This document shows positions 1-10,154 of a stretch of 64,000 nucleotides of DNA, one piece after another (positions within the stretch are counted from its first letter, which is position 1; every line of letters starts with the position of its first letter). The stretch comes from an uncultured Gemmatimonadales bacterium. GTDB lineage: Bacteria > Gemmatimonadota > Gemmatimonadetes > Gemmatimonadales > GWC2-71-9. The stretch covers positions 128,001-192,000 of the forward strand of contig CAWJMT010000003.1 in the NCBI GenBank assembly GCA_963844035.1, written 5' to 3'. Position numbers and translations under genes: made by a program. Under the pieces are notes generated by a model that worked only from the letters and a program-made list of their open reading frames with translations, did not search any database and was not told where the DNA came from.

Positions 1-1
1 C

Positions 2-574
2 CGGGGCAACATCTCGTCGATCGACATCACCAGCGAGGGAGCCGTCGACGCGCGCATCTATTTCGAGATCGACATGCCGGAGGCTCCCGAGGCGCTGATC
101 GCAGAGCTGCGAACGCTGCCCGTGGTGCATGAGGTCGGCCTGGTCAAGACGCTGCAGGCGATCTACGGCAAGCGCATCATCATCATGGGCGGCGGCGCGC
201 AGGTCGGGCAGGTCGCGATCGGCGCCATCTCGGAGGCGGACCGCCACAATATTCGCGGCGAGCACATCTCGATCGATACCATTCCGCTGGTCGGCGAGCG
301 GCCGCTCGCCGATGCGGTGCGCGCGGTGGCCCGGCTCCCCCGCGCGTCGGCCCTGGTGCTGGCGGGCTCGCTGATGGGCGGCGATATCGAGCGGGCGGTC
401 CGTGAGGTGCGCGCGCAGGGGTTGCTGGTGATCAGCCTGAACATGGCGGGCAGCGTGCCGGACGCCGCCGATCTGGTGGTGAGCGATCCCGTGCAGGCCG
501 GGGTGATGGCCGTGATGGCCACCGCCGATACCGCCAAGTTCTCGGTGGACCTGCTCAAGCGGAGAGTGTTCTAA
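2..574 (+). CDS. ACT-domain + DUF5612-like protein (AF1403-like, mostly known from archaea), 5'-partial
   Basis: Frame open from base 2 ([24 protein letters not shown]..., ACT-like), then [44 protein letters not shown]...[10 protein letters not shown], which I recognise from the archaeal AF1403/DUF5612 family. Confidence 0.7.
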   Translation, partial: RGNISSIDITSEGAVDARIYFEIDMPEAPEALIAELRTLPVVHEVGLVKTLQAIYGKRIIIMGGGAQVGQVAIGAISEADRHNIRGEHISIDTIPLVGERPLADAVRAVARLPRASALVLAGSLMGGDIERAVREVRAQGLLVISLNMAGSVPDAADLVVSDPVQAGVMAVMATADTAKFSVDLLKRRVF

Positions 575-1875
575 TCGCGGCGCCCACGATCGACCCGGGC
601 GCCGTCACGGCCAAGGTCACCCGCCGGCTGATCCCGTATCTGTTTCTCTGCTACGTCGTCAACTACCTCGACCGCTTCAACATTTCCTTCGCCGCCTTGG
701 AAATGAAAGCGGATCTCGGCCTGGGCGACGCGGTCTACGGGTTGGGCGCCGGGATGTTCTTCGCCGGCTACGTCACGTTCGAGATCCCGAGCAACCTGAT
801 CCTGCAGCGCGTCGGGGCCCGCTGGTGGATCGCGCGCATCATGGTCACGTGGGGCGTGCTCTCCTGCGGCATGATGTTCGTCAGGACGCCGGCCATGTTC
901 TACGTGCTGCGCTTTCTGCTCGGCGTCGCGGAGGCGGGGTTCCTGCCCGGGATCATCTTCTATCTCACCCACTGGATCCCCGCCCGCGATCGCGCTCGCG
1001 TGTTCGCGCTGTTCCTGACCTCCACCGCGCTCGCCGGCGTGGTCGGCGGACCGGTCTCGGCGGCGCTCCTCAAGCTGGACGGCAGCGCCGGCCTGGCCGG
1101 GTGGCAGTGGCTCTTTCTCGTCGAAGGACTCCCCGCCGTGATCTTGGGCGTGACCACGCTGCGGTTTCTCCCCGACCGCATCGCTCACGCCCACTGGCTC
1201 AGCCCGGCGGAGCAGGGATGGCTGGAGCAGGCCCTACACTCGGAGCGCAGCGCCGTGGAGCACAGCCGTCGTCTCACGCTGTGGCAGGCGCTCACGCACG
1301 GACCGGTGTGGCGTCTCTGCCTGCTCTACTTCTCGACCATCATCAGTTTCTACGGGGTGGCGTTCTGGCTGCCGCAGATCGTGCAGAGCTTCTCGGGGCT
1401 CGGCAACACCGCCACCGCGCTGATCTCCGCGCTCCCGTACCTGGCCGCCTCGATCGGCATGGTCCTCGTGGCGCGCCATTCCGATCGCAGCGGGGAGCGC
1501 CGCCGCCACGTGGCGCTCCCGGCGTTCGCCGCCGCGGCGGGACTGCTCATCGGGGCACTCGTCCAACGCCAGCCGGTGCTCGCGTTCCTGGCGCTGTGCG
1601 TCAGCGCCACGGGAATCTGGAGCACGCTGGGCCCGTTCTGGAGTATCCCCACCGGGTTCTTGAGCGGCACGGCGGCGGCGGGCGGGATCGCCCTCATCAA
1701 TTCTGTGGGGAACATCGGGGGCTTTGTAGGACCCACCGTGATGGGATTCTTGAAGCAGCGTACCCATCGGTTCGAAAGCGGCCTGCTGGTGCTGGCCGTC
1801 ACGCTTGTCGTCGCCGGGGTGCTTGCCCTCTCGCTCCCGCGCGAGTACGATCGGCCGCGGACACTCATCCACTAA
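571..1875 (+). CDS. MFS transporter, anion:cation symporter (TtuB/tartrate-like) family; start uncertain
   Basis: [29 protein letters not shown] lies in frame upstream of ORF 697; [47 protein letters not shown]; about 12 TM segments; no in-frame ATG before 697. Confidence 0.9.
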   Translation, partial: LIAAPTIDPGAVTAKVTRRLIPYLFLCYVVNYLDRFNISFAALEMKADLGLGDAVYGLGAGMFFAGYVTFEIPSNLILQRVGARWWIARIMVTWGVLSCGMMFVRTPAMFYVLRFLLGVAEAGFLPGIIFYLTHWIPARDRARVFALFLTSTALAGVVGGPVSAALLKLDGSAGLAGWQWLFLVEGLPAVILGVTTLRFLPDRIAHAHWLSPAEQGWLEQALHSERSAVEHSRRLTLWQALTHGPVWRLCLLYFSTIISFYGVAFWLPQIVQSFSGLGNTATALISALPYLAASIGMVLVARHSDRSGERRRHVALPAFAAAAGLLIGALVQRQPVLAFLALCVSATGIWSTLGPFWSIPTGFLSGTAAAGGIALINSVGNIGGFVGPTVMGFLKQRTHRFESGLLVLAVTLVVAGVLALSLPREYDRPRTLIH

Positions 1876-1885
1876 ACCACTCTCC

Positions 1886-2248
1886 ATGCCACGATTGATA
1901 CCGAGTCCCACCGTCGTCCAGGCCGCCGGGCATCCTCCCAAACGCATCGAGGAGTACGTGGGACGGGTGAACTCCGGACACCAGACCGTGAGCGTTGCCC
2001 GCATGACGTCGCCGGGCGGGTGGCAGGAACCGGGGCAGCGCCCCGAGTTCGAAGAAGTGACGCTGGTGCTCCGTGGCGTGCTCCACGTCGAATTCGCGGG
2101 CGGGGCGCTGGACGTCGGGCCGGGCCAGGCGGTCGTCACCGCCCCCGGTGAGTGGATCCGCTATGGCACGCCCGGTCCCGACGGCGCCGAGTACATCGCG
2201 GTGTGCATTCCGGCGTTTGCCCCTGCGACGGTACACCGGGATGGCTAG
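1886..2248 (+). CDS. Cupin domain protein
   Basis: ATG at 1886; PKRIEEYVGRVNSG...GWQEPGQRPEFEEVTLVLRGVLHVE...GEWIRY cupin pattern. Confidence 0.8.
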   Translation: MPRLIPSPTVVQAAGHPPKRIEEYVGRVNSGHQTVSVARMTSPGGWQEPGQRPEFEEVTLVLRGVLHVEFAGGALDVGPGQAVVTAPGEWIRYGTPGPDGAEYIAVCIPAFAPATVHRDG

Positions 2249-2319
2249 AGGACCTGTGGATTTCGGTCCACCGGGCTATCCTCAGAGGGATTCCCGCGCC
2301 ACACCTACGGAGGAAACGC

Positions 2320-2679
2320 ATGATGACGCCTGACGACGCCGGACCCTCACCTGTGGAGGCGATCACCCCCGAGGATCCCGGCCTCCCGATGTACGTCGAA
2401 CCCATGGGCGCATTCTTGAACCAGTGGTTCACGTCCTACGAAGCAGCGCGCGCGGTGCGGGAGGCCGAAGGGGGCTACCTGCTGCCGTACAAGCATCAAT
2501 TCTTCGTGACGGTGGCTGCGGCAATCGTGGAGCTGGGGCTCGATCCCTTGGACCCGGATTGGCAGCGCACTGGATGGGACTGGGTACGACCGCTCGACTG
2601 GAAGGCGTGGGAGTTCCTCCGGGACAAACGGCGTAAGGTGCTGACCGCTGCTGCCGCCGTCGCCACCACGGCCCCGTAA
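2320..2679 (+). CDS. Hypothetical protein
   Basis: GGAGG SD upstream of ATG 2320; FLNQWFTSYEAA...GGYLLPYKHQFFV...LGLDPLDPDWQRTGWDWVRP looks like a real protein. Confidence 0.65.
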   Translation: MMTPDDAGPSPVEAITPEDPGLPMYVEPMGAFLNQWFTSYEAARAVREAEGGYLLPYKHQFFVTVAAAIVELGLDPLDPDWQRTGWDWVRPLDWKAWEFLRDKRRKVLTAAAAVATTAP

Positions 2680-2699
2680 CGCTGCTCGGCGGTAGCGAC

Positions 2700-4076
2700 G
2701 TGCCTCTCGACGACCTTCGGCCGCGCCTGCGCGGTCCCCTGCTCGCGCCCGGCGACGCCGGCTACGACGACGCGCGATCGATCTGGAATGCCATGATCGA
2801 CCGCCGGCCCGCGGCAATCGCCCGCTGTCTCGGCGTCGCTGACGTACTCGCAGGTGTCAAGTTCGCGCGCGACAACCGGCTCCAGCTGTCCATCAAGGGC
2901 GGCGGGCACAACATCGCCGGCCTGGCGGTGTGCGATGGCGGGCTGATGCTCGACATGTCGCTGATGCGCGGTGTGTGGGTGGACCCCGCCGCGCGGCTCG
3001 CGCGTGCCCAGGCGGGGTGCCTGTTGGGCGACGTGGATCGCGAGACTCAGGTGCACGGCCTGGCCGCGGTGCTCGGATTCGTTTCCAACACCGGCATCGC
3101 CGGCCTCACCTTGGGCGGCGGGTTCGGCTATCTGTCGCGCCGGTTCGGCTGGACGTGCGACAACGTGACGGCGATGGATCTCGTCACGGCCGACGGACGG
3201 GTGGTGCGCGCCAGCGAGCGGGAGAACGCCGACCTGTTTTGGGGGCTGCGGGGCGGGGGCGGAAACTTCGGGGTGGTCACCGGGTTCGAATACACTCTGT
3301 ACCCGGTCGGCCCCGAGATCGTGGGTGGCGCCATCGCGTGGAGCGCGGAGCAGGCGCACGAAGTCCTGGCGATGTTTCGGAAACTCGCCGCGGAGGCACC
3401 GCCCGAGCTGACGATCGTGGCGCTGATGCGGCCGGCGCCTCCCGCCCCGTGGTTGGCGAAGGAGATTCACGGCAAACCGATCGTCGCTCTGTTCGCGTGC
3501 TATTCGGGCGCGGCTCAGGATGGCGAGCGGCTGCTGGCTCCCATCAAAGCGTTCGGGACGCCCGTCGGCGACACCATCCAGCGGCGGCCCTACGTATCAC
3601 AGCAGAACTTCCTCGATGCAACCCAGCCGAAGGGGCGGCGCTACTACTGGAAGTCGGAATATCTGGCGGAGGTCTCGCCCGATCTGCTCAGCGCGGTGAT
3701 CGCGCACGCCGGTCGCATCGCGTCCCCGCACTCGGCCGTGGTCCTGTTTGCGATCGATGGGGCGCTCAATCGTCTTCCCGGAGGCTATTCCGCGGCGGGC
3801 AACCGGGATGCGCGCATGGTGCTGAATATCACCGCGGCCTGGGAGCCCGCCGCCGATGACGGCGCCAACATCGAATGGGCGCGCACGGCGTGGCGCGACA
3901 TGCGCCGCTTCTCGACGGGCGGGACCTACGTGAACTTCCTGACCGAAGACGAAGGCGACGACCGCACCCGGGCGGCGTACGGAGCGAACCACGCGCGGCT
4001 CAGCGCGCTCAAGGCCGCGTGGGACCCGGGTAATCTGTTCCGCGCGAACAAGAACATCGCACCGCAGCCGTCGTGA
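2700..4076 (+). CDS. FAD-linked oxidoreductase (FAD_binding_4 + BBE domain)
   Basis: KGGGHNIAG (covalent FAD His motif), GIAGLTLGGGFG, DLFWGLRGGGGNFGVVT, C-terminal YVNF...LKAAWDPGNLF. Confidence 0.92.
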   Translation: MPLDDLRPRLRGPLLAPGDAGYDDARSIWNAMIDRRPAAIARCLGVADVLAGVKFARDNRLQLSIKGGGHNIAGLAVCDGGLMLDMSLMRGVWVDPAARLARAQAGCLLGDVDRETQVHGLAAVLGFVSNTGIAGLTLGGGFGYLSRRFGWTCDNVTAMDLVTADGRVVRASERENADLFWGLRGGGGNFGVVTGFEYTLYPVGPEIVGGAIAWSAEQAHEVLAMFRKLAAEAPPELTIVALMRPAPPAPWLAKEIHGKPIVALFACYSGAAQDGERLLAPIKAFGTPVGDTIQRRPYVSQQNFLDATQPKGRRYYWKSEYLAEVSPDLLSAVIAHAGRIASPHSAVVLFAIDGALNRLPGGYSAAGNRDARMVLNITAAWEPAADDGANIEWARTAWRDMRRFSTGGTYVNFLTEDEGDDRTRAAYGANHARLSALKAAWDPGNLFRANKNIAPQPS

Positions 4077-4423
4077 ACCTGGCCCGCGTTCACGCCGTGC
4101 TGTGGCAGCGCTGTCCCGTATGCCTTGAGGGCCCGATGTACTCAGGGTGGATCACGATGCATGAGCGCTGCCCGCGCTGCGGCCACCAGTTTGAACGGGA
4201 GACCGGGTTCTTCCAGGGCGCCATGTACGTGAGCTGGGTGATGAGCGTCGGATTGTTCGCGACGCTTGCCATCATGGCCATGGTGGGCCTGGCGCCGCGT
4301 ATCGGGCTGAATGCCGCGCTGGCGGTCGCCGTCGTAGTGTACATGCCGACCGTCCCCATGCTGTTTCGCTACTCGCGCGTCATCTGGGCGCACATCAACA
4401 TCGGTACCCGTGACGACGCCTGA
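4073..4423 (+). CDS. DUF983-like zinc-ribbon membrane protein
   Basis: RCPVC...CPRCGHQFERETGFFQGAMYVS plus two TM helices and RYSRVIW. Confidence 0.75.
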   Translation: MNLARVHAVLWQRCPVCLEGPMYSGWITMHERCPRCGHQFERETGFFQGAMYVSWVMSVGLFATLAIMAMVGLAPRIGLNAALAVAVVVYMPTVPMLFRYSRVIWAHINIGTRDDA

Positions 4424-4515
4424 GCCGGCGCGCTATGGCATGGCATACCAGACGGTTCGGCTTGGGGGGTCGGGCGGCGCCCGAGGGCATGCCGCCGCGG
4501 CCCCATAGCGAGTTG

Positions 4516-4545
4516 TTGACCTGTCGGGTTTTGTCTGCTTAAGTT
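4516..4545 (+). promoter_or_regulatory. Putative sigma70-type promoter of the fmdB-argS superoperon
   Basis: TTGACC(4516-4521)-18 nt-TAAGTT(4540-4545), 8 nt before ATG 4554. Confidence 0.5.
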
Positions 4546-4553
4546 GTTGCGCG

Positions 4554-4868
4554 ATGCCAACCTACGAGTACAAGTGTCCGGCGGGGCACACGTTCGAGAA
4601 GTTCTTCCCCCGCATGAACGACCGCCGGCACCTCCCGTGCCCCACCTGCGGCAAGCGCGCTGAGCGGGTGATCTCGGGTGGCGCGGGCCTCGTGTTCAAA
4701 GGGTCCGGCTTCTATATCACCGACTACAAGCGTGCCGGTGAGAAGCCGCCAGCCGAAGGGGACGCGAAACCCGCTACCGACGCCAAGCCCTCGACCGAGC
4801 CCAAGACGACGGCCGAGTCGAAAGGCTCCGACAGCACCAAAAAGAAGCCCGACTCCGGCGGCAAGTGA
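4554..4868 (+). CDS. FmdB-family zinc-ribbon regulatory protein
   Basis: MPTYEYKC...FE...CPTCG...RVISGGAGLVFKGSGFYITDY plus low-complexity tail. Confidence 0.9.
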   Translation: MPTYEYKCPAGHTFEKFFPRMNDRRHLPCPTCGKRAERVISGGAGLVFKGSGFYITDYKRAGEKPPAEGDAKPATDAKPSTEPKTTAESKGSDSTKKKPDSGGK

Positions 4869-6514
4869 GGCCGCACGAAGCAATTGCCCAGGCGCTCGTG
4901 GACGCCGCGCTGCGGATTGGCGCGTCTGCCGGCGTCCACGCCGATGTCACGGCAACACGCGATCCCTCCCACGGCGATCTAGCGACGAACCTCGCGCTGG
5001 TGCTGGCGAAGGACCTCAAGCGTCCTCCTCGCGCCGTTGCCGAATCCCTGATGAAGGAAGTGCAGGCACGGTTGCCCGCGGGGCTCGTCAGCAAGGTCGA
5101 GGTCGCGGGCCCCGGGTTCATCAATTTCTTCCTCGCGACGGATCAGCGGCTTGGTGTGGTGGGCGAGGTGCTCGCCGCGGGAGCCGGTTATGGCCGGAGC
5201 ACCGTCGGCGGCGGCGTGAAGGTGAACATCGAGTTCGTCTCCGCCAACCCCACGGGACCCCTGCACGTCGGTCACGGGCGGGGCGCAGCGGTGGGCGATG
5301 GGATCGCTGCGCTGCTCGAGTGGACCGGTCACGCGGTGACTCGGGAGTTCTACGTGAACGATGCCGGAACCCAGATCGACAAGCTGGCGCTGTCACTCTG
5401 GGCCCGGGTGCAGCAGCAGGTCGGCCGGCCCGGCGACGTGCCCGAAGGGGGCTACCAGGGCGAGTACCTCGTCGAGCTGGCGGCGGCGACGCTGGCGCGC
5501 GAAGGCCGCGCCTTCGCCGACCTGTCCCCCGACGAAGGCGTGCGGCGCTGCCGCTCGATCGCCATGTTGTCCCAGCGTGCCGAGCAGGACGAAGACCTGC
5601 GCCAGTTCGGAGTACGGTTCGACGTCGTCGCGTTCGAATCCGAAGTATATCGGACCGGGCTGATCGAGCGGGCGCTCGCCGACCTGGCGGCGCGGGACCT
5701 CACGTTCGAGGAGGACGGGGCGCTCTGGCTCCGGGCCTCCGCGCTCGGTGACGACAAGGATCGCGTGCTCCGCAAGTCGGACGGGACCTATACCTATCTG
5801 CTGCCGGACATCGCGTATCACCGCCAGAAGCGCGAGCGCGGGTTCGCGCGCGCGATCGACGTCTGGGGGGCGGATCATCACGGCTACGTCCCGCGGATGC
5901 GCGCCGCGATGCGGGCCCTCGGGTATCCGGACGACTTCTTTCACGCGGAGCTGGTGCAGCTCGTGCGCGTGATGCGGGGCGGGGAAGAGGTCCGCTTTTC
6001 CAAGCGCACCGGCGATTTTGTCACCCTGCGCGAGCTGTTCGAGGAGACCGGCGTGGATGCCGCGCGCTATTTTTTCCTGATGCGTCGCGGCGACTCGCAG
6101 TTCGTGTTCGATGTCGACCTGGCCACGAGCCAAACGGAGGAGAACCCAGTGTTTTACGTGCAGATGGCGCATGCCCGCATGAGCGGCATTTTCCGGGTTG
6201 CCGCCCGGGCGCCCGAAACGGTCCTGGCCGAGGGTGTCGATCTCCGCATGCTCGACGCGCCGGAAGAGCTCGATCTCCTCAAGGAGATCGCGGCGTTCCC
6301 CGGCATCGTGGCACGCGCCGCGGAGACGTTCGAGCCCCATCGCGTCACCGGGTACCTGGAGGGGTTGGCGCGCATCGCGCACGCGTGGTACCACAAGTAC
6401 CGCGTGCTCGGGGAGCCGCAGGAAACCGCGCGGCTCGTGCTCGCGCGCGCGGTGCGACAGGTGCTCGCCAACGGGCTCGCGGTCCTCGGGATCAGCGCGC
6501 CGGATCGGATGTAG
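4865..6514 (+). CDS. argS: Arginine--tRNA ligase
   Basis: EFVSANPTGPLHVGHGRGA (HIGH), GADHHGY, FSKRTG, ENPVFYVQMAHAR. Confidence 0.97.
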   Translation: MRPHEAIAQALVDAALRIGASAGVHADVTATRDPSHGDLATNLALVLAKDLKRPPRAVAESLMKEVQARLPAGLVSKVEVAGPGFINFFLATDQRLGVVGEVLAAGAGYGRSTVGGGVKVNIEFVSANPTGPLHVGHGRGAAVGDGIAALLEWTGHAVTREFYVNDAGTQIDKLALSLWARVQQQVGRPGDVPEGGYQGEYLVELAAATLAREGRAFADLSPDEGVRRCRSIAMLSQRAEQDEDLRQFGVRFDVVAFESEVYRTGLIERALADLAARDLTFEEDGALWLRASALGDDKDRVLRKSDGTYTYLLPDIAYHRQKRERGFARAIDVWGADHHGYVPRMRAAMRALGYPDDFFHAELVQLVRVMRGGEEVRFSKRTGDFVTLRELFEETGVDAARYFFLMRRGDSQFVFDVDLATSQTEENPVFYVQMAHARMSGIFRVAARAPETVLAEGVDLRMLDAPEELDLLKEIAAFPGIVARAAETFEPHRVTGYLEGLARIAHAWYHKYRVLGEPQETARLVLARAVRQVLANGLAVLGISAPDRM

Positions 6515-6516
6515 CC

Positions 6517-7440
6517 GTGAGCCTCCTCGTAGTGGGGTCCATCGCCCTCGATTCGGTCGCGACGCCGTTCGGTGAGACGGCGGACGCGCCTGGCGGCTCC
6601 GCCGTGTTCTTCAGTGCCGCCGGCGCCATTCTGCATCCCGTGAGGATGGTCGGCGTGGTCGGGAGCGACTATCCATTGGGCGTCCTCAAGACGCTCGAGG
6701 CCCGCGGCGTGGATATGTCCGGCGTCGAACGGGTCGAGGGCGAGTCGTTCCGCTGGCGCGGCAAGTACTCCTACGATCTCTCCAGCCGCGAAACGCTCGA
6801 CACCCGGCTCGGCGTGTTCGCACAGTTCCGTCCCAAGCTGCCCGAGAAGTTGCGCGACTCCCGGTACCTGTTTCTCGGCAACATCGATCCCGAGCTGCAG
6901 CTCAGCGTGCTGGACCAGGTGGCGCACCCGGCGCTCGTCGCGTGCGACACGATGAACTACTGGATCCAGTCAAAGCGCGACCTGCTGCTCGAGCTGCTCC
7001 GCCACATCGACCTCCTGATGATCAACGACTCCGAGGCGCGGGAGCTGTCGGGCGACTGGAACATCTACCGCGCCGCCCAATGGGTGCTGGCCCACGGCCC
7101 CCGCATGGTGGTCATCAAGCAGGGGGAGCACGGCGCCCTGTTGGTGGACCGCACCACTACCTTCAAGGTCCCGGCGTATCCGCTCCAGGAGGTGTTCGAT
7201 CCCACCGGCGCGGGCGACGCGTTCGCCGGGGGATTCATGGCCTACCTGGCCTCGACCGACGACCTGTCGCCTCCCAACTTGCGTCGGGCGATGGTCTACG
7301 GCGCGGCGATGGGATCGTTTGCGGTAGAGGCGTTCGGGTTTGCGGGGTTCGACAACGTGTCGCGGAAGGACGTGCGGGCGCGCGTCCGCGGATTCAAGGA
7401 GCTGGTTCACTTCGACCTGGACGAGGAGCACCACGGGTGA
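6517..7440 (+). CDS. PfkB-family carbohydrate/nucleoside kinase
   Basis: GTG 6517; LLVVGSIALD, GGSAVFF, DTMNYWI, IKQGEHGA, DPTGAGDAFAGG. Confidence 0.9.
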   Translation: MSLLVVGSIALDSVATPFGETADAPGGSAVFFSAAGAILHPVRMVGVVGSDYPLGVLKTLEARGVDMSGVERVEGESFRWRGKYSYDLSSRETLDTRLGVFAQFRPKLPEKLRDSRYLFLGNIDPELQLSVLDQVAHPALVACDTMNYWIQSKRDLLLELLRHIDLLMINDSEARELSGDWNIYRAAQWVLAHGPRMVVIKQGEHGALLVDRTTTFKVPAYPLQEVFDPTGAGDAFAGGFMAYLASTDDLSPPNLRRAMVYGAAMGSFAVEAFGFAGFDNVSRKDVRARVRGFKELVHFDLDEEHHG

Positions 7441-8463
7441 CGGATCGGTACGGAGCGGCGGGGGTGCATCTCGACGTCGCGAGCGACGCCAAGCGCCGCA
7501 TTGGCGAGATGGCCCGCGGGACGCGCACCGCGCTCTCGCTCGGCGGCGTGGGGGCGTTCGGCGGCATGGTGCGGGTGCCACCCGGCTACCAGCGTCCGGT
7601 GCTGGTGATGTCCACCGACGGCGTGGGGACCAAAGTGATGGTCGCCCAGCGCGCCGGCGTTCACGACTCCGTGGGCGAGGACCTGGTCAACCACTGCGTG
7701 AATGACATTCTCGTGCATGGCGCCCGCCCGCTCGCATTCCTCGACTACCTCGCGGCGGGGAAGCTCGAGGCGGACGTGGCCACCGCGGTCGTCGCCGGCG
7801 TGGTGCGCGGCTGCCTGGCACATGAGATGACGCTGGTCGGCGGCGAGACCGCCGAGCTCCCCGACCTGTTTCAGCCGGCCCACTACGACCTGGCCGGCAC
7901 GATTCTCGGCGTGGTGGAAGAGGCAGCCGCGTTACACGGCGACCGCGTGCGGCCCGGCGATGGGTTGATCGGCTTCGAGTCCAACGGGTTGCACACCAAC
8001 GGGTACACGCTGGCGCGGCACATCGTCTTCGAGCGCCTCAACCTCGATGTCGCCGATCAGTTTCCCGAGACCGACCGGTCGGTGGCGCAGGTGCTGCTCG
8101 ACGTGCACCGCAGCTATGCCGCCGCGCTGACCTCCGTGCTGCCCCGGATCCACGCCCTGGCGCATATCACCGGCGGCGGCATCGCCGGCAACCTGGTGCG
8201 CGTGCTCCCGGACGGGATGTGAAGCCGTGGTGGATGCGGCGGCGTGGCCCTGGCCGATCGTGTTCCGGGTGCTGATGCGGGCGGGGAGCGTGTCGCTCGG
8301 CGAAATGCGGCGCGTGTTCAATCTGGGGATCGGAATGATCGCGGTAGCAGCGCGCGACGATGTCGAAGCGGTCGTGCGCGCCGCGGAGCGGGCGAAGGTA
8401 CCCGCGCGACTGATCGGCGAAGTGTATGCGGGCCCCACCCGCGTCCGCTTCGCCGAGCGATGA
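7437..8463 (+). CDS. purM: Phosphoribosylformylglycinamidine cyclo-ligase (frameshift near 8217, probably sequencing error)
   Basis: YGAAGV, STDGVGTK, VNDIL, GGETAELP, SNGLHTNGY, HITGGG; C-terminus RVFNLGIGM in next frame (ORF 8227-8463). Confidence 0.93.
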
Positions 8464-8505
8464 TCCGGGGGGTCGCCCGTCACATCGCACATTGAATCGC
8501 ACGCC

Positions 8506-9579
8506 ATGCGGCGCGCATTGGACCTCGCGCTCTCGGCCTGGGGGCGCGTCGCGCCCAACCCGATGGTCGGGGCGGTGGTGCTGCGCGACGGTATCTCGGT
8601 GGGTGAAGGCTTTCACGCAGAGTATGGCCGCGCGCACGCGGAGGTCGTCGCGCTCGCGGCCGCCGGGACGGCGGCCCGGGGTGCGACGCTCGTGGTCTCG
8701 CTCGAACCCTGCGCCCATCACGGCATGACGCCTCCGTGCACCGACGCGATCCTCGGGGCCGGTATCGCGCGCGTGGTCGCCGCCGTGCGGGATCCCGATC
8801 GCGACGCGCGGGGCGGCGCGGAGGTCCTGGCTCGGGCCGGCGTCGACGTGAGCCTGGGATTGATGCATGCGGAGGCGGCGGCGCTCAACGCGCCGTTTCT
8901 GTTCTCGCGGGTGCGCGAGGAACGTCCGTTCGTCGCGCTGAAGCTGGCGACCTCGGTCGATGGGCGCATTGCCGATGCGGCCGGCCAGTCGCGCTGGGTG
9001 TCGGGGGAGGAGGCGCGCGAGTACGTCCACTGGCTGCGCGCCGGCTTCGACGCGATCGGCGTCGGCGGCACCACCGCCTTGATGGACAATCCCACCCTCA
9101 CCGCGCGCGGGTCGGTGACCCCAAGGCGCCCCCCGGTCCGTATCGTATTCGATCGGCGGGCGATGCTGAATCCCGGCGTCACCCTTGTGAGCACCGCGCG
9201 GGACGTTCCTACCTGGGTCGTCTCGTCACACGAAGCGCCCGTCTCAAGCGTGGCCGCGCTCGAGCAAAACGGCGTGCGGGTGTTCCGGCCCGACAGCCTC
9301 GCGGAGGGACTGCGCATGCTGCGCGAAGCGGGGATCCAATCATTGTTGTGTGAGGGCGGCGGAGCGCTTGGCATGCGGCTCCTCGCCGATGGGCTCGTGG
9401 ACCGGCTGTACTGGGTTCAGGCGCCGGTTTGGCTCGGAGAGGGCGCCATTCCGGCCTTTCCGGGGGTTCCCGATGCCCCGCTCACCGAAGCGAAGCGCTG
9501 GACGCCGGTGGAGCGCCGCGCCCTGGGGGTGGATACATTACTAGTCTTGGACAAGCAGCCATGTTTACCGGAATCGTGA
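8506..9579 (+). CDS. ribD: Bifunctional diaminohydroxyphosphoribosylaminopyrimidine deaminase/reductase
   Basis: PNPMVGAV, HAE, LEPCAHHGMTPPC, KLATSVDGRIA, CEGGG. Confidence 0.96.
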   Translation: MRRALDLALSAWGRVAPNPMVGAVVLRDGISVGEGFHAEYGRAHAEVVALAAAGTAARGATLVVSLEPCAHHGMTPPCTDAILGAGIARVVAAVRDPDRDARGGAEVLARAGVDVSLGLMHAEAAALNAPFLFSRVREERPFVALKLATSVDGRIADAAGQSRWVSGEEAREYVHWLRAGFDAIGVGGTTALMDNPTLTARGSVTPRRPPVRIVFDRRAMLNPGVTLVSTARDVPTWVVSSHEAPVSSVAALEQNGVRVFRPDSLAEGLRMLREAGIQSLLCEGGGALGMRLLADGLVDRLYWVQAPVWLGEGAIPAFPGVPDAPLTEAKRWTPVERRALGVDTLLVLDKQPCLPES

Positions 9580-10154
9580 CCGCCATCGGGCGAGTTGGGG
9601 CCGTGTCACGTGATGGGGACCGCGGGCTCACCCTCACTATCCGCGCTGCCTACAAGGGGTTGAAGAAGGGTGAGAGTATCGCCGTCAACGGGGCCTGTCT
9701 CACGGTCGAGCGGGTGGTGCGGGGCGGGTTTACGGTTCACGTGATCGAGACCACGGAGGGCCGGACGCTGCTGGGCGAATATGCGTCCGGCCGGAAGGTC
9801 AATCTGGAGCGGGCCGTGCGTGCGGCCGACCGCCTTGGGGGTCATATCGTGCAGGGACACGTGGATGGCGTCGCGGTCGTGGCGCGCGCCGAGCCCCGGG
9901 CGGACGCGTGGGTGTGCGATCTGAATGTGCCGCCGCCGGTACGGGAGGTCTCGATTCCGCAGGGGTCCATTACCGTCGATGGCGTCAGCATGACGATCAA
10001 CGCGCTCCCCGCGCCCAACGTCGTGCAGATCTCGCTGATCCCGTTCACCCGGGCGCACACGACGCTCGGTGCGCTCAAGACGGGAGACCGCGTGCACGTC
10101 GAGGGAGACGTGTTGGCAAAGTACGTGAGGCAGCTATGTCGCTCACAAGCGTAG
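9561..10154 (+). CDS. ribE: Riboflavin synthase
   Basis: N-terminal MFTGIV, SIAVNGACLTV, GGHIVQGHVDG, SITVDGVSMT. Confidence 0.96.
   Translation: MFTGIVTAIGRVGAVSRDGDRGLTLTIRAAYKGLKKGESIAVNGACLTVERVVRGGFTVHVIETTEGRTLLGEYASGRKVNLERAVRAADRLGGHIVQGHVDGVAVVARAEPRADAWVCDLNVPPPVREVSIPQGSITVDGVSMTINALPAPNVVQISLIPFTRAHTTLGALKTGDRVHVEGDVLAKYVRQLCRSQA

Noticed and set aside
8214..8230. In-frame TGA in purM as selenocysteine (selB is nearby)
   Set aside because: The PurM C-terminus continues in a different frame, so this is an indel, not UGA readthrough.
8464..8505. FMN riboswitch before ribD (and SAM riboswitch before metK)
   Set aside because: Spacers are only about 42 nt and 19 nt and lack the conserved aptamer motifs.
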